Assembly (NCBI GenBank): GCA_044440125.1 | Contig: JBITAJ010000002.1 | Span: 1-64,000 of the forward strand | Origin: Sedimentisphaeraceae bacterium JB056 | GTDB taxonomy: Bacteria > Planctomycetota > Phycisphaerae > Sedimentisphaerales > Sedimentisphaeraceae | DNA: 64,000 nucleotides | Reading direction: 5' to 3' | In this document: positions 28,689-38,893 of the stretch, one piece after another | Layout: each line of letters starts with the position of its first letter | Numbering within the stretch: position 1 is the stretch's first letter | Position numbers and translations under genes: made by a program | The notes under the pieces: generated by a model | What the model saw: only the letters and a program-made list of their open reading frames with translations | Told to the model about the DNA's origin: nothing | Databases searched by the model: none

Positions 28689-30107
28689 TCAATCACTAAC
28701 CTCAAATTCAGACACGGAAACAGGGCTTTGATGCTGTCCGCCTGCTCCACCAATTGCCTTAGCTTTGATAATCGTATCAGAATCAATTATGATCGGTTTG
28801 GTATAATGAGTTGAATCCCTATCTGGAGTCGTACCGTCAAGGGTGTAATATATCCAGGGACCATAGATAGGATAAGACAACTTAACTTGTATTTGATTTT
28901 CAAAAACACCTCCATCGGGAGATATTGCAATATGTGCAGGCTCACCAGAAGATTTATTAACAATATTTTTGAGTGATGCAACATCAGACACACACTCGCC
29001 TCCAGCAACATCCTGCTCTGTAAATCTTGCCGCTAAGATTTCTTTGGCTTCATATCTGCTGCGATCATATATCGCATATATTATACCATCGTCTGCCTGC
29101 GCTGCATTGGGATATGAAACTTCATCTCTCTCATCAATAACCAGACCGCCATACCAGCTTTCACCATCGTTGTCGGATAAAAATGCGACCATTGTGATCC
29201 GTTCAGTCCTTTTATTTACCGGACCATTTTTAATAAGCAATAATCTTCCCGAAATCAAGCGTCCTATAAATATTCTTGCTGTTGGATTCTCGAACCCTGC
29301 CTTTTGCCCCTCTGTCCAGGTTTTACCCATATCATAAGAGTAACTTTCGCCATAACCATACTTTGTTCTGATAAGCATCCATAAGGAACCGTCTTTTCGC
29401 TCTATTATTGTATTCTCATCATGACCGCGTTCCGCCACATCTGCACCACCTCGCCATTGCCAGCTCTGCCCCTCATCACTTGACACAAACATATTAGAAA
29501 GATACCTGTCTTTAGGAACATCAGGATGATAGATGAATTGTTTTTTAACTTTCGGACTCCATTGAGCAACCGGCATCGCCCACTGCCCGTCAGACAGTAT
29601 CAATGGTTTATTGATCATTATTCCATCACACAAACGCTTAGGTTTTGACCATACCGGCTCCTCCTTTTGCGGCTGATCAGTAGTAATCGCCCAAACACCT
29701 GCCCTGCCGTCATACCAACCATAACTCTGTGCCCAGAATACCCACAGTTTACCATTCGGGTCAACCCATAAACTTGGATCAAATGCACGAAGCTTGGATG
29801 GGTAATCAGGTACAGGAAAATCAACAACGAGCTTCTCTTTACTCCAGCTAACTCCTCCATCACTGCTGGTAGCTAAGATAACATAGTTCTCATCGGTTTC
29901 ACCAAAACCACCTCCAAACCAAGTAGCCCAGAGCCTTCCATTATCAGCAATTTCTATACTTGGAATTCCCTGAAAAGACCTGTTTTCAGAACAATGTTCA
30001 TCGCCAATATCAGTTATAATTCTTGCTGCCCGAAATCCCGCTGAATCATCTGCATAACAGGAAAAAACAAAAAGAAATATGTATATATATCTAACCCAAT
30101 AAGACAT
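28689..30107 (-). CDS. Secreted sialidase-family (BNR) protein with a C-terminal chitobiase/FN3-associated domain
   Basis: FQGIPSI, several S.D.G.SW Asp-boxes, SYP, and C-terminal IYYTLDGTTP...YTKPI. Confidence 0.88.
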   Translation of the reverse strand: MSYWVRYIYIFLFVFSCYADDSAGFRAARIITDIGDEHCSENRSFQGIPSIEIADNGRLWATWFGGGFGETDENYVILATSSDGGVSWSKEKLVVDFPVPDYPSKLRAFDPSLWVDPNGKLWVFWAQSYGWYDGRAGVWAITTDQPQKEEPVWSKPKRLCDGIMINKPLILSDGQWAMPVAQWSPKVKKQFIYHPDVPKDRYLSNMFVSSDEGQSWQWRGGADVAERGHDENTIIERKDGSLWMLIRTKYGYGESYSYDMGKTWTEGQKAGFENPTARIFIGRLISGRLLLIKNGPVNKRTERITMVAFLSDNDGESWYGGLVIDERDEVSYPNAAQADDGIIYAIYDRSRYEAKEILAARFTEQDVAGGECVSDVASLKNIVNKSSGEPAHIAISPDGGVFENQIQVKLSYPIYGPWIYYTLDGTTPDRDSTHYTKPIIIDSDTIIKAKAIGGAGGQHQSPVSVSEFEVSD

Positions 30108-30145
30108 CCAAACCTCAACTATCAGATTACTAACTCTTAAAATTA

Positions 30146-30850
30146 CTACTCTCTTCTATTATGACTTCCATCACGTCGCCAAATGACATCATCTTCATTC
30201 TTGACTCTGTCAACTCTACCATCACAAAAGAGAACATTGTATCCCTCACCATCAGGATGCCTCTTCCCTATACGCTCAACAGTATCAATATGCTCATCAG
30301 AATCAATCCACATCTGAGAATAAACAACACCCTCAAATCTGTCAACATCAAGAACCATTACCGTCTCAGCCGGTCTTTTTACCGACATATTTTTCCAACC
30401 ATCAACATCACTGTTCTGGGTGTAACTTATCCATTGAGGTTCACTCTTTTTGATAGATGGACACTTAAAATTCTGTTGTGCGTATTCCTCAAATTCCTCA
30501 TATGCCTGATTAACATTCATTACCGAACTATTGAGAATAACAGGTAAAACAGTAGTACGCCAGCTTAATGGACCACTTATCACCCCTAACTGCGAACACC
30601 AACTGGGGAAATTACTTCGAGTTATCGTCTTGCCTGATAACGTATTAACAGGAGCAATAAAATCATCATATGTTTGACTGTAAAGCGTAAAACCCAACCC
30701 TAACTGCTTTAAATTGGAAGCACAGACAACAGCTTGCCCCTGCTGACGCACCTTAGCCAAAGCAGGCATCATAATCGCCATCAAAACTGCAATTATTGAT
30801 ATTACAACCAACAATTCAATTAAAGTAAAACCCTTCCTATAAATATTCAT
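30146..30850 (-). CDS. Prepilin-type N-terminal cleavage/methylation protein (DUF1559-like) with H-x-DG C-terminal motif
   Basis: KGFTLIELLVVISIIAVLMAIMMPAL, C.SNLKQLG and RHPDGEGYNVLFCDG. The ATG at 30850 follows GAAGGTGA and overlaps the GntR end. Confidence 0.92.
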   Translation of the reverse strand: MNIYRKGFTLIELLVVISIIAVLMAIMMPALAKVRQQGQAVVCASNLKQLGLGFTLYSQTYDDFIAPVNTLSGKTITRSNFPSWCSQLGVISGPLSWRTTVLPVILNSSVMNVNQAYEEFEEYAQQNFKCPSIKKSEPQWISYTQNSDVDGWKNMSVKRPAETVMVLDVDRFEGVVYSQMWIDSDEHIDTVERIGKRHPDGEGYNVLFCDGRVDRVKNEDDVIWRRDGSHNRRE

Positions 30851-31544
30851 TTGATTCACCTTCCATAAAATTCAAGAAACCTTTTCGTGCCTTATTAATA
30901 TGCTCGCTCATTGCAATCGCAGCAGCATCGCCATCTCTTCGTTTTATAGCATCAAGAATACAGCCATGACTTTCTATTACTTCATCCATAAAATCTGTTT
31001 CACTTCCATACCCCATATCTTCAATGGTCAAACAAACATGCTGATAATGAAGTATATCAAATATTTCACTCATCCTTTGATTACCGCCTGCCTTAAGTAT
31101 GGCACGATGAAACAGCTCGTCATATTCAGAATAATTCTGCTCTGTCCCTCTAAGACTCTCAAGCTTTGAATGTATGCCAATACAGGTTTGTATATCTTCC
31201 TGAGTTCCGATTTCTGCCGCCAATTTCGCAGAATAACTCTCTATAGCGTCTCTCAATTGGTAAAGTTCTACAATTTCTTTAGCAGTATACCTCTTTACCA
31301 TAAAACCGCCTTTAGGTAGCGAAACAAGGACTCCTTCAGCATTAAGTCTGAGCAAAGCCTCCCTTACAGGAACACGGCTAAGCCCCAGAGCTTCAGATAT
31401 TTGTCTTTCAACAAGCCGCTCTTCTTTAGAAATTACACCATCAGCAATCATCTGTTTAAGCTCATTATAAACATAATCCTGCCGCGAAATCTCAGGCGGT
31501 ATTCTTTTTTTATTATTAGGTTTACAAGCTGCTTTCAACATCAT
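30837..31544 (-). CDS. GntR-family (FadR/FCD) transcriptional regulator of module A
   Basis: HTH LGLSRVPVREAL and FCD motifs D..FH and M..HI. Probable start at 31544 after GAGGT (the ORF extends to 31559). Confidence 0.93.
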   Translation of the reverse strand: MMLKAACKPNNKKRIPPEISRQDYVYNELKQMIADGVISKEERLVERQISEALGLSRVPVREALLRLNAEGVLVSLPKGGFMVKRYTAKEIVELYQLRDAIESYSAKLAAEIGTQEDIQTCIGIHSKLESLRGTEQNYSEYDELFHRAILKAGGNQRMSEIFDILHYQHVCLTIEDMGYGSETDFMDEVIESHGCILDAIKRRDGDAAAIAMSEHINKARKGFLNFMEGESNEYL

Positions 31545-31572
31545 TAAACAATACCTCATTAAGTATTAATAT

Positions 31573-31595
31573 CTTGGTATACCAAGTATACCAAG
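31573..31595. promoter_or_regulatory. GntR/FadR operator: palindrome CTTGGTATACCAAG plus an extra half-site
   Basis: Perfect 14-bp palindrome at 31573-31586, overlapping the -10 box. Confidence 0.75.
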
Positions 31596-31613
31596 CCAGA
31601 GGAAACATGTCAA
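31585..31613 (-). promoter_or_regulatory. Sigma70 promoter of module A (TTGACA-17-TATACT)
   Basis: Near-consensus hexamers on the minus strand. Confidence 0.75.
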
Positions 31614-31705
31614 GACAAAAAAACTAACTCTTGAAAAAAACAAAGAACTATCAGCTCGTAATCAAAATGCACGGCCGGAATAGATATGTGCCCACAAAAA
31701 AGTAC

Positions 31706-31748
31706 GCCCCATTTGCGTTCCAGCCTGCGACTGAAAGGCAAATGGGGC
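31706..31748 (-). terminator. Terminator after the SDR operon
   Basis: GCCCCATTTGC/GCAAATGGGGC 11-bp stem extended internally, with a T-tract nearby on the minus strand. Confidence 0.6.
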
Positions 31749-31822
31749 AAATATATAAAATCACTTACGAACAATTAATATTAAAAAACATAAATTTCGT
31801 AAAATACCATATTACTAACGTC

Positions 31823-32605
31823 TCAGCAATGCATGCCACCGTCCATTAGGATATTTTCACCATTAATATACGCTGATGCATCAGAAGCTAACAACACAGC
31901 CAAACCTTTTATATCATCGTTGTCAGCCATTCGCCCTACCGGAACTTTCTTATTATAGGTCTTGACAAAAACTGGATCCTGATGATTAAATAACCCACCG
32001 GGACTTATACAATTAGCCCGAATATTTTTCTTCGCAAGAAAACGAGCCAAATATCTCGTATAATTTATCATGCCTGCCCTGTGAAAAAAGTAATCAGGAG
32101 CAAGATCACCCATGTCTGTACCATCATAGTTTGACAAATCAGGGCCAAACATACCCATCATAGAAGCAATATTGACAATAGCCCCGCCACCACGTTTTTC
32201 GATAAGCTTACACATTTCTCGGGTTAAATCAAACACACCGGTTCCGTTAACTTTAAGTGATACGTCGAATGACTCTAATGAGCTTTCATAACCGGTAGTT
32301 GGCCTTGCTACCGCATTGTTTACAAGAGCATCAAGGCCACTGAATTTTTTATCAATCTGCTCTCTAAGTTGGGCAACAGACTCATGATCGGCCTGATCGA
32401 CTTTCATAGCACATACATCCAGACCATCAGCTCGACATTGCGAAGCAAAAGCCTCTCCTGATTCTATATTTCTTGACGCGGTTATAACGGTTGATTCGGC
32501 CTCAGCAAGCCCCTTGACAATGCACTTACCATAATTCCCGGCCCCACCTGTAACTAATATCACCTTGCCTTTAAGGCTTAAAAGCTCTTTAACATTCATT
32601 ATCAA
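31823..32605 (-). CDS. SDR-family oxidoreductase
   Basis: Motifs TGGAGNYG, NNA, NIAS, IRANCISPGG and DGG. The catalytic YxxxK appears as YFFHR. Confidence 0.92.
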   Translation of the reverse strand: MIMNVKELLSLKGKVILVTGGAGNYGKCIVKGLAEAESTVITASRNIESGEAFASQCRADGLDVCAMKVDQADHESVAQLREQIDKKFSGLDALVNNAVARPTTGYESSLESFDVSLKVNGTGVFDLTREMCKLIEKRGGGAIVNIASMMGMFGPDLSNYDGTDMGDLAPDYFFHRAGMINYTRYLARFLAKKNIRANCISPGGLFNHQDPVFVKTYNKKVPVGRMADNDDIKGLAVLLASDASAYINGENILMDGGMHC

Positions 32606-33408
32606 TCCTTACCATAAATACTTTTAGATTCATTCTGTGCAATATCACTGACAGAACTTACTATATTCTTAAAATATTGCCCTAACGCAATAACATCAGC
32701 ACCAAGATTCACAAACTGATACCCCATTTCATTAAGCTCTTTAACATTACCCGGACCGCCAACGGTACCGGCAAATTTACCGTTTGCTTTTGCTACCTCG
32801 GCAATTCGCTTTCTTGTTTGAGAAATCAACGGATCATCCCATTGCCCCGGCTTTCCGATTCCCTGTGAAAAATCTCCCGGTCCAAAGAAGAGCATATCTA
32901 TACCGTCAAGCTTAGCTATTTCTTCAAGTTCATCAAGGGGTTCCGGATCTTCTATCTGCACAATAACAAAACGCTGCTGGTTAGCCGTCTTGAGGTAATC
33001 ATTAAAATCTACCATGCAATAACCACCATCTGCATTGCCTCCATCAACAGGTCTGCGCCCGATAGGGTGAAAGCGTGTTGTACGCACAATATCTTTAGCC
33101 TCTTTCAAACTCATCAGATGAGGCACCATTATCCCCGCCGCATCAGCTTCCAACGGGCGTACATAATCACTGTAGCTGCCTTTGGAAATCCTTACAAGAG
33201 CATCTACATCATAAGTCTTAGCTGCTCGTATCTGATTCTCGATTGTCTGCCAATCCGCAGGCACATGCTCCATATCCAGCCAAATACAGTCAATTCCACA
33301 CATAGCTGCAATTTCTGCCACTCTCACATCGGCAAGATTAAGTTTAACACACATTACATTTTCACCGGCTCTAAGTTTTTTAAGAACCCTGCTTGGTCTC
33401 ATATTCAT
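32602..33408 (-). CDS. HpcH/HpaI-family 2-keto-3-deoxy sugar acid aldolase
   Basis: Motifs WLDMEH, VR, QIED and FFGPGDFS. Confidence 0.92.
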   Translation of the reverse strand: MNMRPSRVLKKLRAGENVMCVKLNLADVRVAEIAAMCGIDCIWLDMEHVPADWQTIENQIRAAKTYDVDALVRISKGSYSDYVRPLEADAAGIMVPHLMSLKEAKDIVRTTRFHPIGRRPVDGGNADGGYCMVDFNDYLKTANQQRFVIVQIEDPEPLDELEEIAKLDGIDMLFFGPGDFSQGIGKPGQWDDPLISQTRKRIAEVAKANGKFAGTVGGPGNVKELNEMGYQFVNLGADVIALGQYFKNIVSSVSDIAQNESKSIYGKD

Positions 33409-33418
33409 ATTTTACCTG

Positions 33419-34357
33419 CTAAAGAGTTATTTTCTTACCGCCCTGCTGAAGACTCTCACGAGCGGCAACGATGGAATTTATTACATTATAAGTCTTGGTA
33501 TAATCCAATCTCGGCTTACCTTCTCTGAACGACCTGACTGCTTCAATGAGCTGTGCCCTGAAACAAACATATGCTCCGCCATGATTGACATTTACAACCC
33601 CCTTGTCTCCATATATATTAAGCTCTCCACCGGCAAGCCCCATAAAAGTATGCACTGTCGCCAGCATACCGTTATCAAGCTCCAGATAGATAATATCTTT
33701 ACCGCTTTCGCTCATATGCTGAACAGTCTTAACTTTAGGATCATTTAAGAACGCAAGCATCCCCTCAAGATAATGAACGGTATACTTTCGCAGATCTTTA
33801 GCCCCCACAGCTACGGCAAGCTTAGGTTCACCAATTCCAGAAAGCTGATCCCGCTGACTTTGAACACCCGCTGAATAGCGCATCGCCGAACACGACATGA
33901 TAAACTTACCTTCATCTACCTTCTTCGTAAAATAGTCAAGATCGTTACGAGAAAAAGCAAGCGGCTTATCAATAAACAGCGGCACACCGGCATCAATAAA
34001 AGCCTCAGACATCTGTCTATGATTCTCCGGATCATCACGGGCAAGTAGAACTGCATCTACCTGACCTATCATATCAGTCATTTCATCTGCGACATTATCA
34101 ATCATTGCCGCATCAGCCACTTTCTTTGAAAGTGCCTTATCCTGCGTCCAGATGTGCGTCACTCTCACATCCTCTATGCCTAATGTATCCCTGTTTGCTC
34201 CAAGATAAGCGGGTATAACAGGATAACCGCAATCAGCCATTAAAGCCCGATCGTAATCACCATTAATTATCGCTGACCATGAATACGGATGTCCATTGCC
34301 TTCACTCAGCCCAATTATTCCAATTTTCAACATTTTATAATCCCAATTTCTATACAC
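33419..34357 (-). CDS. Gfo/Idh/MocA-like oxidoreductase
   Basis: Motifs IGIIG, FIDKPLA and SAMRY. Confidence 0.8.
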   Translation of the reverse strand: MYRNWDYKMLKIGIIGLSEGNGHPYSWSAIINGDYDRALMADCGYPVIPAYLGANRDTLGIEDVRVTHIWTQDKALSKKVADAAMIDNVADEMTDMIGQVDAVLLARDDPENHRQMSEAFIDAGVPLFIDKPLAFSRNDLDYFTKKVDEGKFIMSCSAMRYSAGVQSQRDQLSGIGEPKLAVAVGAKDLRKYTVHYLEGMLAFLNDPKVKTVQHMSESGKDIIYLELDNGMLATVHTFMGLAGGELNIYGDKGVVNVNHGGAYVCFRAQLIEAVRSFREGKPRLDYTKTYNVINSIVAARESLQQGGKKITL

Positions 34358-34360
34358 TAT

Positions 34361-35305
34361 TTAATTTAGCCAGCCCATTCTGTCCCACTTGGGAAGATCA
34401 AGAAACTCCGGCTCCGGATATGCAAGACTTAGCGCCTTTTCAACTCTCGTCTCATCAATCACGCCCTGTCTGGACACATCCAATGCCTTATTTAAATATT
34501 CAGTTTTATCAATACCGACCAGCACAGAAGTTACTCCTTGTTGAGACATAACAAATCTCGTTGCAAAATCGGATAAGGTTTCACCGTCTTCCAGTAACCC
34601 GCAGTAACGCTCGCGATAATCGCTGACTGCTTTCAGTTCTGGATGTAAATTTCGTCCTCTGTCAGTCAAAATCCCCTTGAAAAGAGCAGATCTTACAACA
34701 ATAGCAACGCCTTTATCTTTTGCCAATTCAAATAAATCCCCATGGCTCTGATCCATAAGATTATATGGAAGCTGGATAACATCCCACACGCCACTCTCAA
34801 TGGCACTTCGCGTTTCTTCCGGCTTATAAACAGAAATCCCCTTAGCCCTGATTACTCCAGAGTTCTTCAATTCATCAAACACCGCAATTACATCAGGGTT
34901 ATTTACAACATCAAGTGAACCATCATGCGACATCAGAATATCAATATAATCACATTGCAACTCTCGCAGACTCTTCTGCACAGAATCCTTTATACTCCTG
35001 TCAACATCACAAGCCATTCCTTCCTTAGTAATAAAATGATCAGGCTTTGTACATATAACAACATCTTCTCTTCTGTCACCAAAAGCCAACCCCATAAGTT
35101 TTTCACTTTTGCCGTAAGCTCTCGCCGTATCAAAAAAATTGATACCATTACTCAAAGCACAACGCAAAAGTTCAATCGCCTGCTGATCAGTCAACATATC
35201 GTCTTCACTCTCTATACCGATACCATACGGTATACCTATGCTTACACCACCGAAAGCTATCTTAGAAACCTCTATGCCTGTGTTTCCTAATTTACAATAA
35301 TCCAT
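34361..35305 (-). CDS. Aldo/keto reductase
   Basis: Motifs LGNTGIEVSKIAFG, FFDTARAYG.SE, SL.EL..DYID and QLPYNL. Confidence 0.93.
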   Translation of the reverse strand: MDYCKLGNTGIEVSKIAFGGVSIGIPYGIGIESEDDMLTDQQAIELLRCALSNGINFFDTARAYGKSEKLMGLAFGDRREDVVICTKPDHFITKEGMACDVDRSIKDSVQKSLRELQCDYIDILMSHDGSLDVVNNPDVIAVFDELKNSGVIRAKGISVYKPEETRSAIESGVWDVIQLPYNLMDQSHGDLFELAKDKGVAIVVRSALFKGILTDRGRNLHPELKAVSDYRERYCGLLEDGETLSDFATRFVMSQQGVTSVLVGIDKTEYLNKALDVSRQGVIDETRVEKALSLAYPEPEFLDLPKWDRMGWLN

Positions 35306-35438
35306 ATAAATTCCTCAATTATTTTACTTATCGCATAATGTTAACATCTTGATTATATTTTCGCTAACATTTTTTGGTTTTTTTTGAAATCTTTTAAAAA
35401 AACTTGCTTTTTCCTAAAAAAATGCGATATTTTAACCC

Positions 35439-36050
35439 ATGAGCAAGATTACAGTTAAAAATCAGGCACAAAAAGCCTATATAGAGATAAGAAAACATTT
35501 AATGGCAAGATCTCTCAAGCCAGGTGAACGGCTTACTGAGAAAAATTGGTCTGAAAAACTGGGTGTCAATAGAGCTGATGTCAAACAGGCTTTCTCAAGA
35601 CTGCTTGGCGAAGGTCTATTGATGACAGGAGCCAAAGGCGGCTTTTTTGTAAAAGAATTCACAAATCAGGAACTTGAAGAGTTACTTGAAATCCGAAGCA
35701 TTCTTGAAACAGCTGCGGCCAAGCGTGCATTGACACATGCAACAAAAGAAGAGATTGATGAGCTTGAAAAAATCTCAAATCTCATGCTCGAAATGGCTCG
35801 CAATAACTATTATATGGGCTTCAAAGAAGCAGACCTGCACTTCCATGAAACACTTGTAAAAAGCTCTCACAATAAAAAGCTTGAACAAATATACATGATG
35901 GCCAATCTGCCGATATCAGGCGGCACAGAAATAAGAGATAAATCCGAACATCTATTAGAAACAGACGCTCTGAAACATATTGACATGGTAAAAGCCCTGC
36001 GAAATAGAGATGAGACCAAACTCATTAGCCTAACCCAAAGCCAATTTTAA
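35439..36050 (+). CDS. GntR-family (FCD) transcriptional regulator, divergent
   Basis: PGERLTE..LGVNR..V.QA HTH and a DLHFH FCD motif. Confidence 0.9.
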   Translation: MSKITVKNQAQKAYIEIRKHLMARSLKPGERLTEKNWSEKLGVNRADVKQAFSRLLGEGLLMTGAKGGFFVKEFTNQELEELLEIRSILETAAAKRALTHATKEEIDELEKISNLMLEMARNNYYMGFKEADLHFHETLVKSSHNKKLEQIYMMANLPISGGTEIRDKSEHLLETDALKHIDMVKALRNRDETKLISLTQSQF

Positions 36051-36060
36051 AGGTTAATAT

Positions 36061-37056
36061 TCAACCACCATAAGCTTCATTGTGTATTCCTTCAATAAAA
36101 GCCACCGACTCCCTTATCTGCTTCAAAGACAGTAAAGGCGGCGAAATTCCAACCCTATCCCCAAAACAATACATAATAAAATCGAACAACTCATCTTTCA
36201 CTTGATTATTCGTCTCCTTTATCCAGCCATCAACCTTGCACTCGATCTTCTTCGAATCAACACAAAGCTGCTTTTGTAAGAAGTCTCCTTCCACCACATA
36301 ATCATCAGCATCAATTCTAACATTACGGCTCGTATCATTGCCAGCCAGCCATGAAACAAATATCTCACCACTGCAATTTTGATGCAATGTCTTTAGTCTA
36401 AGCTGCTGTACCTTGCCATCTTTCATTATCTTTTCAACAATATCGCACTGCAATATATCACCAAAATAGAACAATGCCAGATCAAGATCATGAATAAGTT
36501 TATCAACAATTATATCATCTTCAATTCGTGGAGAATGCATCTGTAGTCTGTTGAAAAGATAAGTCACTTTTGAAGTCCGCCAATTATCCAGCAACTCCTT
36601 TATCTTAATAGAAACAGGATTATAACGCTCTATATGACCGGCCATAATATTTACACCATTAGCCTCTGCTTTTGATACCAGCGTCTCGAATTCGTCCAGC
36701 CTAACCACTATCGGCTTTTCAACAAATACATTCACGCCTCTCTCAAGAGCATATTCTGCAATAGCAAAATGAGTCGCGGTAGGAGTTGCCACGACAACAA
36801 TATTCGGGCTCAAATCATCTATAACATCACGATAATCATTAAAGAAAGGCACCCCAGCAAATTCCCCCGTTACCATCTCAAAACTATCACAAACGGCACA
36901 CAGTCTTATTTTCGGCAGAATTTCCTCACAGTTACCTTTGTAATAATCCTCTACGGCTCCCGAAATTAATTGATTCAACGCAGCAACATGGTAACTGCCC
37001 ATCTTGCCAAGCCCTATCACTGCAACATCAATTGTCTTAGTCTGCATATCAGGCAT
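36061..37056 (-). CDS. Gfo/Idh/MocA-family oxidoreductase
   Basis: Motifs GLGKMG, VEKP, GHIERYNP and IHDLD. Confidence 0.9.
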   Translation of the reverse strand: MPDMQTKTIDVAVIGLGKMGSYHVAALNQLISGAVEDYYKGNCEEILPKIRLCAVCDSFEMVTGEFAGVPFFNDYRDVIDDLSPNIVVVATPTATHFAIAEYALERGVNVFVEKPIVVRLDEFETLVSKAEANGVNIMAGHIERYNPVSIKIKELLDNWRTSKVTYLFNRLQMHSPRIEDDIIVDKLIHDLDLALFYFGDILQCDIVEKIMKDGKVQQLRLKTLHQNCSGEIFVSWLAGNDTSRNVRIDADDYVVEGDFLQKQLCVDSKKIECKVDGWIKETNNQVKDELFDFIMYCFGDRVGISPPLLSLKQIRESVAFIEGIHNEAYGG

Positions 37057-37060
37057 ATAC

Positions 37061-37861
37061 TTAAAAACTCCTGAGACTACTTATAGCAGTAATTATATCT
37101 TCCAGTCTATTTTCTCCACATTCCCGTTCAACACACAAATCTCCTTTATAGCCAATATCAGAAAGTGCCTTGAAAAAGCCGTAACTATCAACTTCACCCT
37201 GTCCCCATGCGACTTCCTTCCCCCACAAGCGTTCATCCGTTGAAGAAACAGCATCCTTGATATGAATATTTTTTATCCAACTGCTCAACTTATTTACAGC
37301 ACTAACCGGCTCTCCCTTTGAATACAATATCATATTAGCCGGATCAAAATTGACTCCTACCCAACTGTGATCGAGTACAAGGAGAAAATTTTGCAATTCC
37401 TCCACCGTCTCCTGTCCGGTTTCCATCAGCAATACAACATTGTTTTCAGCAGCATAATCGGCTACTTCACGCACCTGTCCGATCAACTGACTATCAGAAC
37501 TCTCAATCATCCCAAAATGAAAAGACAGCATCTCTATACCATAAAAAGTGTTAATATCTATAGCATCCTTAACCTTCTTAATTCCCTGCTGCCTGTATTG
37601 GATTGGAACAATCCCTCCGGTGGCAGCAATACTTTGCAAAGTAGAATAATCTTCATGCTCAAAGCTTACCATTGCGGAATTAACAATCCAACCACCAGAC
37701 AAGAGCGACTCTATGAAAGAAGTGTTCTCTTTACCCATTTCAGATCTCACATGCAGTTGAATATGTGAAATACCGGTCTCTTCTTTAACTCGCTCAATCA
37801 GAGACAGGTCATTACCAAGGGACCAACTGCATAAACCAATGTTCCAGTCAGACATATTCAT
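37061..37861 (-). CDS. Sugar phosphate isomerase/epimerase (xylose-isomerase-like TIM barrel)
   Basis: Motifs METGQE, NFDPANMILY, HIKDA and ERE. Confidence 0.9.
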   Translation of the reverse strand: MNMSDWNIGLCSWSLGNDLSLIERVKEETGISHIQLHVRSEMGKENTSFIESLLSGGWIVNSAMVSFEHEDYSTLQSIAATGGIVPIQYRQQGIKKVKDAIDINTFYGIEMLSFHFGMIESSDSQLIGQVREVADYAAENNVVLLMETGQETVEELQNFLLVLDHSWVGVNFDPANMILYSKGEPVSAVNKLSSWIKNIHIKDAVSSTDERLWGKEVAWGQGEVDSYGFFKALSDIGYKGDLCVERECGENRLEDIITAISSLRSF

Positions 37862-37862
37862 T

Positions 37863-38882
37863 TTAGTTTATCTCAACCAGTTGCTTATTTTGACTGGAAA
37901 GTCTCTCTGCTTCAACTATTCTTACGGAATCCATAGACTCAACAGGCGTTAATATCTGCGGCAAATCCTCTCCACGCACTTTCTTTACAAAATACTCTAA
38001 TTCAAGATAATAGCCATCTGCCTTGTCAACAACTGGGCTGTAAGCTTCCGAATTTTGCGGGCATACTCTGAAACTCTCTGCTCTTGTAATATCAAAACAC
38101 ACAACAGCTTCATCTAAAACAATATTAAAGCTCATTTCAAAACCGAAAGAATGGCTCATCATCCATCCACCTTCAGCCGTCACAGCAATATCATCCTCAT
38201 AAACATATTGAGCTACAGTATGATCAAAGCTGCCAGATGCCCCTTCAGCAGAACTTGAGAATACAGCCTTGGGCATACCTAAAAGATATTGGATATAATC
38301 AGCATCATGAATATGTAGATCATGTATCGCCCCTCCGCTTCTCTTCTCGTCAAGTATCCAGTTATCCCATGCCCAACCGGGAGTCAGACTCAAACGCCTG
38401 AACGAAGCCGCTTTAACATTTCCGTATTGACCGCTTTCTACTATTCTTTTTACTTCAGCATATTCCGGCCAGAATCTAATGCAATGACCTATCTGCAGAA
38501 GCTTGCCGCTCTCTTTAGAAGCTTCTATCATTCTCTTGCATTGCATACTGTCCAAAGCCATCGGCTTTTCACACAGTACATTTATCCCTGCATGTAAGGC
38601 TTTCACGGCATATTCTTCATGCAGATAAGTTGGTAAAGTAATTGAAACTATATCAAGCGACTGCTCTGTGAACATTTCTTCCGCATCTGTATATAAAGCT
38701 ATGCCGGATAAATCTAAATCGCTCTCACTGCCGGTAATATTACCAGATGAAGATTTTCCGCTAAATTCATCTTTATCTATATCGCAAATAGCTGCTATTT
38801 CAACACCATCAATCTTTCGATAATTATTGAAGTGCATATTACCCATAAAACCAAAGCCAAGTATTCCTATACGTATCATCAT
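37863..38882 (-). CDS. Gfo/Idh/MocA-family oxidoreductase
   Basis: Motifs GFGFMG, CEKPMA, RFWPEY and DLHIHD. Confidence 0.92.
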   Translation of the reverse strand: MMIRIGILGFGFMGNMHFNNYRKIDGVEIAAICDIDKDEFSGKSSSGNITGSESDLDLSGIALYTDAEEMFTEQSLDIVSITLPTYLHEEYAVKALHAGINVLCEKPMALDSMQCKRMIEASKESGKLLQIGHCIRFWPEYAEVKRIVESGQYGNVKAASFRRLSLTPGWAWDNWILDEKRSGGAIHDLHIHDADYIQYLLGMPKAVFSSSAEGASGSFDHTVAQYVYEDDIAVTAEGGWMMSHSFGFEMSFNIVLDEAVVCFDITRAESFRVCPQNSEAYSPVVDKADGYYLELEYFVKKVRGEDLPQILTPVESMDSVRIVEAERLSSQNKQLVEIN

Positions 38883-38893
38883 ATCTCTCCTGA

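Noticed and set aside
14888..30107. Canonical sialic acid (nan) utilisation locus
   Set aside because: There is no NanA, NanE, NanK or NanM, and the sialidase-fold proteins lack the RIP motif.
35404..35441. Leaderless promoter for the divergent GntR
   Set aside because: The -35 and -10 matches are weak in very AT-rich DNA and cannot be supported without TSS data.
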